In this document: positions 41,201 through 52,449 of the stretch, piece by piece
Layout: each line of letters starts with the position of its first letter
Position numbering within the stretch: the first letter of the stretch is position 1
Origin: Podarcis bocagei
Lineage: Eukaryota
Strand: one strand, 5' to 3'
NCBI GenBank assembly: GCA_964188305.1
Contig: OZ076897.1
Length of the DNA: 64,000 bases
Notes under the pieces: model-generated
Told to the model about the DNA's origin: nothing
What the model saw: the letters and a program-made list of their open reading frames with translations, nothing else
Databases searched by the model: none
Translations under genes and position numbers: made by a program

Positions 41201-43443
41201 TATATAAAGCCCTGGGCTAGTTGATCTGTTTGCACAGTGGTCTCTGCAATATTAATTCCTAAGCTCAGTCATGCCTGTGACACATGGATTTAGAGAGACT
41301 TGCACATATGTAGCATTTCATCGTAAATCATGTGAGGGTAAATTGTTGAGGCTTAAGAGTATAAAAGGTATAAGCAGCATTGGCAAATGCTGATGGAAGG
41401 CAGTTTTGAGTACGTATACCTGTTTTGAGCTCCAGAATTTCTCACTTTAATTGTATAAAGCGCCATGTGCATTGATGGTGCTATATAAATAAATGTCAGC
41501 ATAATAATAATATGTACTTGAGTATAGATTTGACTTCTTAAGTTTCATTAATCAGGATGGGACTGCACAGGTGTGCAGGGTTATTCACATTGCCTGAGTA
41601 GATAGACATGATAAGGACTGTAAAATGTTTAGTTTCCTTGTTCTCTGGAGGAGTACGTGGATGTTTTCTATTGCATTTCTCTCACTTGTCCCCTCCTGCT
41701 GCTTCTGCAGTCTTTCTTGGAATCTGAAATAGCTCATCTGCCTCTTGGGCCATTTAAGACCAGAAGAGACTATCCCTGGCACACTTCCCAATATGGGGAA
41801 AACACTTTTGGCCTAAATGCCTATGGGAATGAGTACAGAGTGCTGCAGTTGTGAGCACTTTGTTGTAGGGATGGGTGTTTTCATTGGGTTTACACCTGAT
41901 AAGCTTGTTGCTGCAGAATTAGAGCTCTGGATGTATATGCAGAGTCTACAAACAGCAGGTTTTGAGGAGCCATGGAATGAGAGCCAGACAAGAGAGGGAT
42001 CAGGAACCGTGAAAAAAGTCTAAGGCACAAAGCATAAAGAGGAACCAGACCTCAGGAGTCAGAAGAGAGACAGTGCAGTCAGTTTATACCGTACATGCAA
42101 AAGAAGAACCAACATCACAACTGATAGTAGGTCACAGCTGGGTAGATTATTCAGAAGGACTGGGAGCAGGAACTGTGGAAAGAGTAAAAGGCATAACAGG
42201 AGGTAGGTCACAAGAGATGGCAGGCTGAGAAGCACAAACAGGAACTTAGGTATGCAAGATCAAATGGATTATTTAACTTTAGACTTCAGATTTGGGTCTA
42301 ATTGGGGGAGGCTTTATCTCCAGCAAAGTGTGAAACTAGAGAGGAGTCATGGAAAAGAGCAGGCACATAAGGGTGAACGCCTTCAAGTGCCAGTGATTCA
42401 GTGGCCACATTTAACATATAATTGTAAGCTAAAAACCTTGGCTTATACACCATACTGTGCAGGAGGTTTATGTTAGTGCATGCAGGCTGATTGCTGTCAC
42501 TTAGTTTCTTCTTTTGCATGAGCAAATAAACAAACTAGGAAGGGTTAACTTAGCATTACTTCCCAACCTGGGATCGTGGGTTGTTTCTCCTAACAAGCCA
42601 GGTCTGTAAACCAAGTATCTTGAACCAAACTTAAGTCAATTTTAAGCCAAGGTTTAACGATCCTGGGTTTGGATATAATGCTAACTCTCCTTTTCTCGGG
42701 TTTTGCACTCGCAGGAAGCATGGAGTGAAACAGAAGTAACTGGGCACATACAACATGGGTTGTTTAGCCACAGTTCTTGGCTTATTGTTATGTGTGAGTG
42801 CAGCCATTGTTAAACAAGAATTCAGGTTCAAGATGAGACTGCATCTTTGGGCTAATGTGCTTTCTTCTGTGATAATGCTGCACATATCCTCTGTTGTGGT
42901 ATATTAGATAACAAGAGTACTGATTAGAAATGGACATACTTTTGAGTGTAAAAATGACTCTCCTTAAGTTTTTGGATAGCGTTTTTATAGTGACACCTAC
43001 ATGTTGTTGTTAAATTTAGCAGTCTGCTCTGCAAGGCTGTTTTTATACAATGTTTTTATTTGTAACAAAAAATGCAATTTGTGTAATTGGAAACAATGGT
43101 AGTTCTGTTTTGCTTTCAATAGGATGTGGATTGCACCCAGAATTGTGCAAGTGTCGGTTATAAACTCATTTGGCTGTAAATGCCTTTTGAAATTAGTAGA
43201 ATTTTCTTTCTTTACCATACTTGACTGAATCCGGCCTCTTTGGTGTGTGTATGTTGTGTGTGTCTGCATGCACATTTAGACCACAAGGTTTGATACTATA
43301 GGAAACACCCAGCCTTGGTTCAAGAAGCTCTTGTTTCTCCCCTGCATTCATTAATGGGCAAAAAAAGAGAGACACTTAACTTTCTTTCTTTTGACAGAAG
43401 TTAACAAATTCTGTAGGCATACTAGGTCCCTGTAGAGTGGATA

Positions 43444-43761
43444 GTAAAGGTAAAGGGACCCCTGACCATTAGGTCCAGTTGTGACCCCGAGGGAGCCGGT
43501 ATACAGCTTCTGGGTCATGTGGCCAGCATGACTAAGCCGCTTCTGGTGAACTAGAGCGGCACACGGAAACACGGTTTACCTTCCCGCCAGAGCGATACCT
43601 ATTTATCTACTTGAACTTTGACATGCTTTCGAACTGCTAGGTTGGCAGGAGCAGGGACTGAGCAACAGGAGCTCACCCCGTTGCGGGGATTCGAACCACC
43701 GACCTTCTGATCAGCAAGTCCTAGGCTCTGTGGTTTAACCCACAGCACCACCCGCATCCCT
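43444..43761 (-). mobile_element. Sauria SINE (tRNA-derived) with an internal deletion
   Basis: The minus-strand 5' end is GGGATGCGGGTGGTGCTGTGGGTTAAACC, with B-box GGTTCGAATCC and an (ACCTTT)n tail. The 13-bp TSD TGTAGAGTGGATA is at 43431-43443 and 43762-43774. Confidence 0.93.
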
Positions 43762-44608
43762 TGTAGAGTGGATAATGCTTGCTAAATTACAGGCAAGCAG
43801 TGTTAGAAGCTAGGATAGAAAAGCTAGGAGCCAAATGGCTTCTGAGACCTGGGTTTTGGGTGCCAAAACAGAATGTCAGGGGGTGGGGTGGGGGTCAGCA
43901 ACACTTTTTATTTATTATTTTGATAAGCATAAGAGACATATTGTTAATATCACATTTTTAGCAGGAAATTGTTAATATATGTTTAATTTGGTGTTGAAAT
44001 AAAAATATTGGTACTATACTTCAGTTTTCCAAACACTACTCTTTATTGTTAAACTTCTTAAGGAGTTAAGGATTGTCTATCCTTAACATATACTTCAAGG
44101 CTTCAAAGCACATACATTTCAGTAATCCTTGAGTGTCAGCCAGGCGCAAAAAATGGCACCTAAACTTTCTGAGGTGCTCGCAAATGGAGAATCTGTATGT
44201 GCAAAATGTGCCTGGTGCCCTGCTAATTTCGAACTCTGCAGGCAAGTAGGTGGGATACACCTTATAAAAATGGATTTTGGCATAGGAATAACTAAAAGGG
44301 GTTTGCTTTATGATTACAAGCTAGACCTGTCTTTTGTGAAGAAGCTATCCCATTCTATACTGACATCTTTCCTAAGCTTGGTGAGCTAAATTTCAATTTT
44401 GTAGTGTACCTGTTGCCCCTTCACCTCACAATTTGGCATTTTCCTTGTGTGGTAAGCATAGAAGCATAGCTTCAGTTTTAGTAGACATTTGTCTGCAGCA
44501 TTTTTAAAAGGTCTGTATGACTGAATCAATATGAAGTGGTTTAGGGCCCCTGCTTTAACTGGTGCAGACTTGCACAGGCCCTGTCATTACCCAGGTAAGC
44601 TTACAATA

Positions 44609-44781
44609 CAGTGGTACCTCTGGTTGCGAACGGGATCCTGTTATTTTCAGGTTGCGGAGGCCTGTTCGCAACCTGAAAATAACGCAACCCGCGAATGGCA
44701 AAACCAGGAAGTAACCCTTTCCGGTACTTCCGGGTTGCCGTGGGACACAACCTGAAAACGCGCAACCTGAAGCAAAGACTG
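44609..44781. mobile_element. Tc1/mariner (Tigger/pogo-like) MITE
   Basis: TA|CAGTGGTACCTC ... GACTG|TA, with the right TIR partly deleted. It has internal GCAACC repeats and a 17-bp inverted repeat. Confidence 0.78.
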
Positions 44782-45162
44782 TACTACTGAGGCATCAAAT
44801 TTTAGCTTGAGTTCTTCTGAATCCAATGCACAACCCTAAAATAAACTGATAACCTGTGATTTTTAGACAGATGAAATAAAATTTATTTACCTGCTGACCA
44901 AGGGCTCCCACAGCATCCTCTCTTCCACCTCTCCCCCTGTTGAAGTTAGACTTGAAAGAAACATTCTATGGTAGCCAGTAGAATACATTATGGTGTGTGC
45001 TTGGTTGAAATGTATGTGTGGTGTCCGCAACAGTTTCTCCAGTTTGCAAATCTACTCTCAGAATGACCCTTGCACTTACCTATGTGTGTATTGCAGGACT
45101 TATTTTTTCTGTATAATATACATATTTTTAATATGATTATTTGGTTTCTTCTCCCAAAATAG

Positions 45163-45242
45163 CATGCTATGGAATTGTACAAGTACCTACTGGACCTTGG
45201 TTTTGTAGAAAATGTGAATCTCAGGAAAGAGCAGCTAGAGTG
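45163..45242 (+). CDS. MLLT10: MLLT10 second coding exon, 80 nt
   Basis: aatag|CATGC ... AGAGTG|gtaagt; (A)CYGIVQVPTGPWFCRKCESQERAARV; phase matches the previous exon. Confidence 0.97.
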
Positions 45243-45958
45243 GTAAGTTTGAATTGGTGTGTCATACTTGGGTACATGTTTTAATCTAGTTCTTATCTTG
45301 GTAGCATTGCTCAAAATGTATTATTCTTAGCAGGGGGTGAAGCTTTCTCATTCTCAGGTTAACAGTGGGCATATATCCGCTGGAAGCCATAGAAATTCAT
45401 TTTTTCCCCTTTGCCTGGATTTTTTTATGTTCTAGTTTTAATATGGAAGTACAGAGAGAACCAGGCAGGATTTTCAGTGCTGCTCAGAGGCTAACAGTTG
45501 CAGAAATACTGTACTGCATGCTTCATAGTTGTGTTTCCCACCACCACGACCTTTTTCTGGTGAGGGGAGAGGATGGCAGAGGATCTTCTGAGGGAATGCT
45601 AACCTTCATTTTCTTCCCCATTGACTCCCTGCAACAAGGGGGGGGGGAGAGAGAAGTCAGACACGAACACTGTGCCATCAGAAGTGTGGTACTCTGCTAT
45701 CTTGATAAATGTTTTACTCTGATTTTTGGACACCTACCACCCCACTGTGAGAATACACTGTAAACCAAAGAGAGATAAATCAGGTTGGCTCTGTAGTCTG
45801 CCTGCATTTCTCTGGCTGGAACTTCTTTGGGGTATTATTAATTCCAGTTTTGGAGGATACTTTTGCAAGTACTGATAAAGCTTTCTTATAATTCTGTATT
45901 GGCAATGAAGTAAAAAAGAAGTATCTATGGAGAACTGAAGTTCTGGATTTTGATATAA

Positions 45959-46094
45959 CTGGATTTTGATATAAATTACTTAATAAATATAAACGACATA
46001 ACCCTCCTGCTACTTTCAAATGTATTGAATTTAATATTGGTTGTTTGATCTCAGCTTCATAATGCTAGCGTGGAGATAACCAACTTTAATTTGA
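45959..46094 (+). repeat. Dispersed duplication, copy 1 (partner at 51053-51179)
   Basis: CTGGATTTTGATATAAATTACTTAATAAATATAAAC...CTCAGCTTCATAATGCTAG...CCAACTTTAATTTGA is shared with copy 2. Confidence 0.9.
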
Positions 46095-46608
46095 ATTCTG
46101 GATATGGTTAGTATTTGTACTAAACATCACAGTCTCAACATAAAGTTTTGCAATAATGGTTGGCATTGATTCTTTTAGGCCATAACATTATGTGGCTCAT
46201 GCAGAACACATCTATCTTGTGGGTTTTGATACAACAGTGTTGCTTTTAGCACTATCACTTGGAGCAGTGTGTGTATGCAGAAGCACCCATGGTTGTCTTA
46301 TTTGTGTCGTTGTTCCTGTAAATACGGAACTTAAAGGCTCTGGAGGTTTGGCTTGTCTATAATTTAGAAATTGAGCTCCAGAAATGGCCATTCTCATAAG
46401 TAGCTTTAGATGAATAGAAACCATGTGTGTGAAATGTTGGATACTGAGCTGTGATTTAAGACATAGATATCTGTTAGAGAGAGTTTTTTAAACTTAAGGA
46501 AAGCATCTATATTTATGAGAAAGGAGACAAATAGGAAATGGGTCAACTACAGAAAATATTTGAACGGTACCTTATTTCTTGTTTTAATAACTGTTTGCCT
46601 TCCTGCAG

Positions 46609-46663
46609 AGATGCGAATTATGCCCTCATAAGGATGGTGCTTTGAAGAGGACTGATAATGGGG
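46609..46663 (+). CDS. MLLT10: MLLT10 third coding exon, 55 nt, Zn knuckle to PHD2 region
   Basis: cctgcag|AGATGC ... AATGGGG|gtaagt; RCELCPHKDGALKRTDNG(G). Confidence 0.97.
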
Positions 46664-47378
46664 GTAAGTCTTTTACCTTTTCAAAAAAACTCTGTAGTAA
46701 TTTAAAGATTTTATTCCTTTTTCTGCAGTTCAGTTGCATAAACTGATAAAATTGGAACATAGCTTGTGTGGTTAAGATTTTTGGAGCCCCACGTATAAAT
46801 ATTCTGTTATTCTAAAGAGCTCTGAAACTTAGGTATTTCAGGGTTTATATATTTAATAATTTAGGTGCTCATCACTGTAAAATGTATTTATTCTTGCAGC
46901 ATGTATATGAGAAATCTTATCTTCCTCTTACACATGGAGAATGAGAGCACTGCATCATGCTAGAGGGCTGTATATAAATTGTAGACTTTAATTTTATGCA
47001 AAAATAATTCAGTGTAAGTGAACAGTGAAGGTTATTTAATTCCTTCGGTGGCTATGGTTTGCTAACTCAAGTGGCACACTTAATATGACAAGCAACTACT
47101 TGATGATACCACCTGACTTTAAAATGGTGTTTCCTTCTCCCCAAGCCTGCATGGCTAATGATCAGGGTTGGCAAAATTTGTAGTCCAGCAACATCCACAC
47201 AGCACACACTAGCTTGCCCAACCCTGTACCCATCCATTATAGAGGGAGCACATGGAGAAGGGCTCCTGAAGAAGGTCTTTAAACTGTGGCTAGGCTCATG
47301 TAGAAGAAGAGATGTATCCATGACCCACACCATTTAGGGTCATCAGCACTTTGAATAAGACTTTGGAGCCAATGCAGG

Positions 47379-47422
47379 TTAAAATACATGGAATTAAATA
47401 CATGGAATTAAAATACATGGAA
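47379..47422. repeat. 14-15 bp tandem triplication
   Basis: TTAAA(A)TACATGGAA x3. Confidence 0.9.
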
Positions 47423-50400
47423 ACTTATCTGTGCTTAATTTTTTTCATTTTTGTGAACGCTTAATTTGGGTTTCCTTGGTGATTACTTTCCTTTTCCATG
47501 GTTCCATGATAAAGTTTTATTTTATAGACCCATCTCTTTTTGAGACTTGTTGAGCTGGCTTACAAAAAGCAAAAACAGGATAAAAGATAAAAACATGGCA
47601 CTAATACAAACATATTGAAACTCTCATTTTAACTTACAAGCCAGGTTTCTTGCTATAATGCTTTTTAGAGGGAATCAGTAACACATGATTTTTAAATTTT
47701 GGCTAAGAGCCCCAAATGTGCTTATTAGAAGAAAGCAAAAGTCTGCATTGCTTACTTTAGCTTAGCTTTAATTTGCCTAATGATTCATTAGCATAATTTT
47801 CTTGAAATAGGACATGGATTGTTATTGATGCAAAGCTATCTCTTATTCTGTGTAGGAGTCTAGTGTAAGAGATGAAAATATGCATCAAGAAACAAGTTGG
47901 TCTTGCCTTCATGCTACTTTGTATGGAAAAGCAGCTCATATACTTCAAGAATTTTCAGTTCAGCTTTGTAGTCTCTGCTGTTGTATTACCACTATAAATA
48001 AGGTGTTAACTTCCATGAACTTGTGGTTACTGACATGGAATATGTGTATCGATTAGGGTACTGTCTTAATGGGTAGAGGGTGCTGTTTGGGGGATGCAAC
48101 TACTCCATTGTCATGGACAGTTGACTTTCTGGGAGTATCTGTCAAGTCTTGCAGACGTGGTAGGCCAAGAAGGATTGTTCTCATCTGAAGGTTGATGGAT
48201 CTAGTTGGTTTCCAAACTGCATTTTTGGTGCACTTGGCAGACTGTCCTGTCAAAGCTCTAGCTCAGGGGTGGATAACTATTTAGCTCAATAGGCCACATT
48301 TTTATCTTCCCCCGACCCCTGGGGCCCAACTTTGATGGGGGGTGGGCCACAACATGTCAGTTATCTTATGCCAGTTGACTGATAGGTGGGGATTCCTGTG
48401 GCAGTGTGGGGAGCAGTCTGCTTCCTGAGCTCATTCCCTGCAGGGAATGTGCTGGCAAAGCAAATCCCAGCAAGACTGAGTTTCCTGCTCTCCAGTTGGT
48501 GAGCAGAGAGTGTAGTCCTGCTGCCTACAGGATTCACAGTACTCAGCAGGATTTTACCCTGTCCCCTATCCATCAGCTGAAGTTACCCAGTGACACTGGC
48601 TGATGGACCGGTGGGTATGTTTTGGGGCAAATAGCTTCATGGGTTAGTTTGACCAATTGGCTGACCAAGATTGGTCCTCCATCACCCACTGGAACCGACT
48701 TGAGTATTGGACATGATGGCTGTAGAACAGGAGTAGCCAATGCACCTCCAGATGTTGGCAGACTCCAACTCCCATCAGGCCTGGTCAGACTTGCTCTAGA
48801 TATTCGAGGCAATGGAGAACAATGAAGGAACTGTTTGATGAGGTGCAGAAAGGTGTAGGAAAGGTCAAGTAAGGTTCAGCTGAACACAGATTCTTTGGTG
48901 ATGTCTGTGAAGAAATCCTACCTTCACCACTGTTTTATCTGCACAGTGCCATCCACTGGAGCTTTTCCAAGTCATAAAAGTCCTGTTACAACATGACTAG
49001 CTCAATTTTTACTTTGAGATAGTTGATGAAATCCTTCCTGCTTCAGGCTTTGAGGGGAGGGAGTGAAGTCTTAAAGAAAGGGCACACACACTTAAATGTT
49101 TCTGGAACCTTCCAGATAGGTTCCCCACCCCCTTGTATTATGTTTCTGTATTTTAAATTGGTACTGTTCTTATATTTATGATATGGTATTAGCCAGCCCG
49201 AGGGATCCGAGGAACCATGTTTGGCAGCAGACCAATTTAAAAATAAATATAAATGAGCTGCCGAACATTAAATTGCTATCTACGCAAAAATATCAGCCTG
49301 CTATTATCAACAATCTGGAGGATATGCTATAAAAATAATAAAGCCTTTAAAACTATTTTCAAAAGTTGCTTCTGGATAATGCTTGCCTAAAATGAAGATT
49401 ACTTTCAACTTAATGGTAGGGTTTGCATGGTATTTATTAGGGGTAGGCTTTGCCAGGAAAATCATGTTTTTTCTTGCCCTGGGAAAAGCTATTTTTCTCA
49501 TATTTTAAGACATTATAAAAATTGTTTCATTATTACAATATTATGTTTCAAGCTGTGTTTATGACATGTAGCTTATTTAGCGTTGAACGAGGAAATTATC
49601 ATAGACCATGCTATATTTTTAGTTTTGTATTCGGTTAACAGAATTTATACTACATTAAAAACAGAAAAGCATGTAAAAGAACGAAAATAATAATAATTTG
49701 GGATCAGATCTTAACTAAAGTTCTACTGGTGGGAACAACCTGTGGGTGGAGTTCATTTGGTAGGAAGCTCCCACTAGGATGTGTGGGGGGGGGGCAGTGG
49801 CATTTTCTGCCATTCCCCCTGCATCCCCTTGTGGTTTGCACCATTTGGTGACATTCTGGAGCATCATGAGAAAGTGGTTGCTGGGGGAAGGAGGGGGTAG
49901 CGGAAAATGTTACCCTGCCCTGCACCCTGGCAGCATTTTCTGAATTCCTATTCCTGCTGCAAACAGAAAGAGCTCTTCCATTCATAATCTCAGAATAACA
50001 ATAGTAGAAGAACAAAAGTTCAAATTTTGAGGCATTAAGCAAAGATAAAGACAAGAGGTTCAGTGGGCAGAGGGGCCTGACAGAATCCAAACATAAGACT
50101 GCATCTTGGTGGTCCCGTTGGAACTCCACTTGAAACTGACAATATCACTAACTGTTGCTATACCAAGCTTTTGTCATGTCCACTTACTGTAAATTGCCCT
50201 GTCACATTGTTGCATTATACAGTTGTTTTTCCTTCTGCATCAGTTTCTTGTCTAATAGCATCTTACTCTTCTTAAGAAGCTGGATACTTTTTGTTTGTGT
50301 ATTAGATTCACTAATTTAAATTCCAGTTGCTTGCTGTAGCTGGCAATGCATATCTTGCAAGATTTCCACAGAGGTCTTAATCACTGCATAAACAACTGAC

Positions 50401-51052
50401 CTTATGTTTTGCTTGTACTACTACTCTTAAATTGCACATCTTTGATCTCCAGCAAGATGCCCTGGAGTAAGAATGGACACCAGAGACACTTATTTTTTAA
50501 AGCTCAGTATCTCTGCAAAAACATTTGGGTGCTAGTTGTTGTTTGTGTTTGTGTGTGTGTGCTTTAAATAAATCAATAAGAGACTTAAAAAGCTGTGAGG
50601 GAGTTGGTTCTTTTAAACTGTTACAAATCACCCAGTATTTGCAATCTTTCTTGTTTTACGGTTTTGTTTGGAAGCCTGCACAAAGCTTTTTAGTTCAGCA
50701 TATGTAGAACCAGTTATTGGATTGAAATCTGTTCCAACTGGATGCTGATCAGGAATGTTGTGCATCAGCATTCTTTGTCAGCTTTATAACAGGATTTCTG
50801 GAAGGCAGCTGCTTGGTTGAAAGCCAACTAACAATGCACTAGTGTCGTCATTTTTTTAAGGGTTAGAGTGGGGATCTCCTAAGCTTGTAAGGAATGTCAC
50901 ATGCCAGCGTTTGAGTCAGCAGCTTTCTCCCTCTGAATTTCATTAAGGCTCTGCAAGTTAAAAGAAAAAGCACTAATGCAAACTTAAGTTACTCAAGTGC
51001 TGTCACCGACTACAGCTAATATATTGTATTAAGTACTTATATCTTCTTGTAG

Positions 51053-51179
51053 CTGGATTCTGATATAAATTACTTAATAAATATAAACAACATAACCCTT
51101 CCGCTACTTTGAAATGTGAGATTTTAATATTGAACTCAGCTTCATAATGCTAGTGTTGAGATACCCAACTTTAATTTGA
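51053..51179 (+). repeat. Dispersed duplication, copy 2 (partner at 45959-46094)
   Basis: Same orientation as copy 1, with scattered substitutions and a short central indel. Confidence 0.9.
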
Positions 51180-51547
51180 TTGTTGAATCATCTGTTTTCA
51201 AACTTGGACTGATTTGTGGCTGTTCTTTCCTGATTGAAGCTGAGAGTAGGGCATGTTCAACACCACCTAAGTATTGGTGTGTTGTATAGTAAGCAATAAA
51301 GAAAAAGAATACTAAAGATGGTCTGATAAAACAAATTAGTAGGTCTTCTAAAAGCAAATAGTTTTTGTTAAATTATTTTCATTTATTGTACAGAGAAGGG
51401 CGTTCAGTATTGAGATAAGTTCTGTTTCCAGGAATTCAGAAGGTAGCTTCTTGTGAAGTTGGCACCCTCCATGTATTCCAGGTCATCTATCTGTTTATAT
51501 AGGAAGACACTGTGGTGCTCTTCAGGAGATGCGTAAAGGGAAGGATG

Positions 51548-51766
51548 CAGAGGGCCTTCATGGTAGTCGCGCCCTGTGGAATGCCTTCCTGTCAGATGTC
51601 AAGGAAATAAACAACTATCTGACTTTTAGGAGATGTCTGAAGGTGTAGGGAGTTTTTAATGTTTGATGTTTTACTGTGCTTAGTGTTTTAATTTGTTGGA
51701 AGCCACCCAGAGTGGCTGGGGCAATCCAGTCAGATGGGTGGCATATTATTAATAACAATAATAAAT
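51548..51766 (+). mobile_element. 3' end fragment of an L2/CR1-group LINE
   Basis: AGGGCCTTC...CCCTGTGGAATGCCTTCC end-of-ORF2 signature, then ...GCCACCCAGAGTGGCTGGGGCAATCCAGTCAGATGGG and an (AAT)n tail. It resembles lizard L2 tails as I recall them. Confidence 0.7.
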
Positions 51767-51945
51767 CAACAATGAGAGAGAGGGAGTGAGAAACCAAAAA
51801 CCAATATAGCAGAAACACACTCTGGTCTTGCCTTTCATTTTCCAATATTTGGTGATTGCCTTAAGGGTGCTCCTTTATGGAGAAGATACCCTCCTGTTCT
51901 AGATATTCCTCTTGTTTCTGTTATCCATCTCAGGCATACCATGAG

Positions 51946-52341
51946 CAGTGTTCGAAACTCCCATTGCTCTAGGCGCATTTTGTGACAGGGAATTTCATTA
52001 GTGCGAGAAGTTTCTGAGCTCTGGTTGCAGTACTGTGCCTAAGATTTCAGATTAAAACTGCAGAGTGGAAGGAAAGAAGGACCTTTTTCTGTCTCCCCAC
52101 TTCTAGCTACTCTCTGAACACTGGAGAAGAGATTTTCTTAAGAATATTGGGGGGGTGGGTGGGCAGGGGAACGACTAGACCATGTGAAAAATGAAAATAA
52201 TATTTTAGTGTCAGTTCATTCATTTTCAGCTTTGTATTCTTGTTATAAAAAAGTGCGCCTAGACATTCCTTTGTTGCACCTATAACCTAGGTTTAAGGTG
52301 CCATTTAGCTCCTAGCTTTCATATCTCAGTTTCTAACACTG
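51946..52341. mobile_element. hAT-type non-autonomous DNA transposon (MITE)
   Basis: TIRs CAGTGTTCGAAACT and AGTTTCTAACACTG match 13/14. A perfect 8-bp TSD ACCATGAG is at 51938-51945 and 52342-52349. Confidence 0.88.
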
Positions 52342-52449
52342 ACCATGAGAGAAGCAACACCAAACTCCAAAAGTTCTCCCAAACCAAAGAGTAACTCTGA
52401 TCAGCCCCAACCTGGGAATAAGCCCTTGCTCTTGACTCAAGGCTCCTTA

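Noticed and set aside
43680-43760. tRNA-like A/B boxes (also 59760-59848)
   Set aside because: They are SINE heads inside TSD-flanked elements, not tRNA genes.
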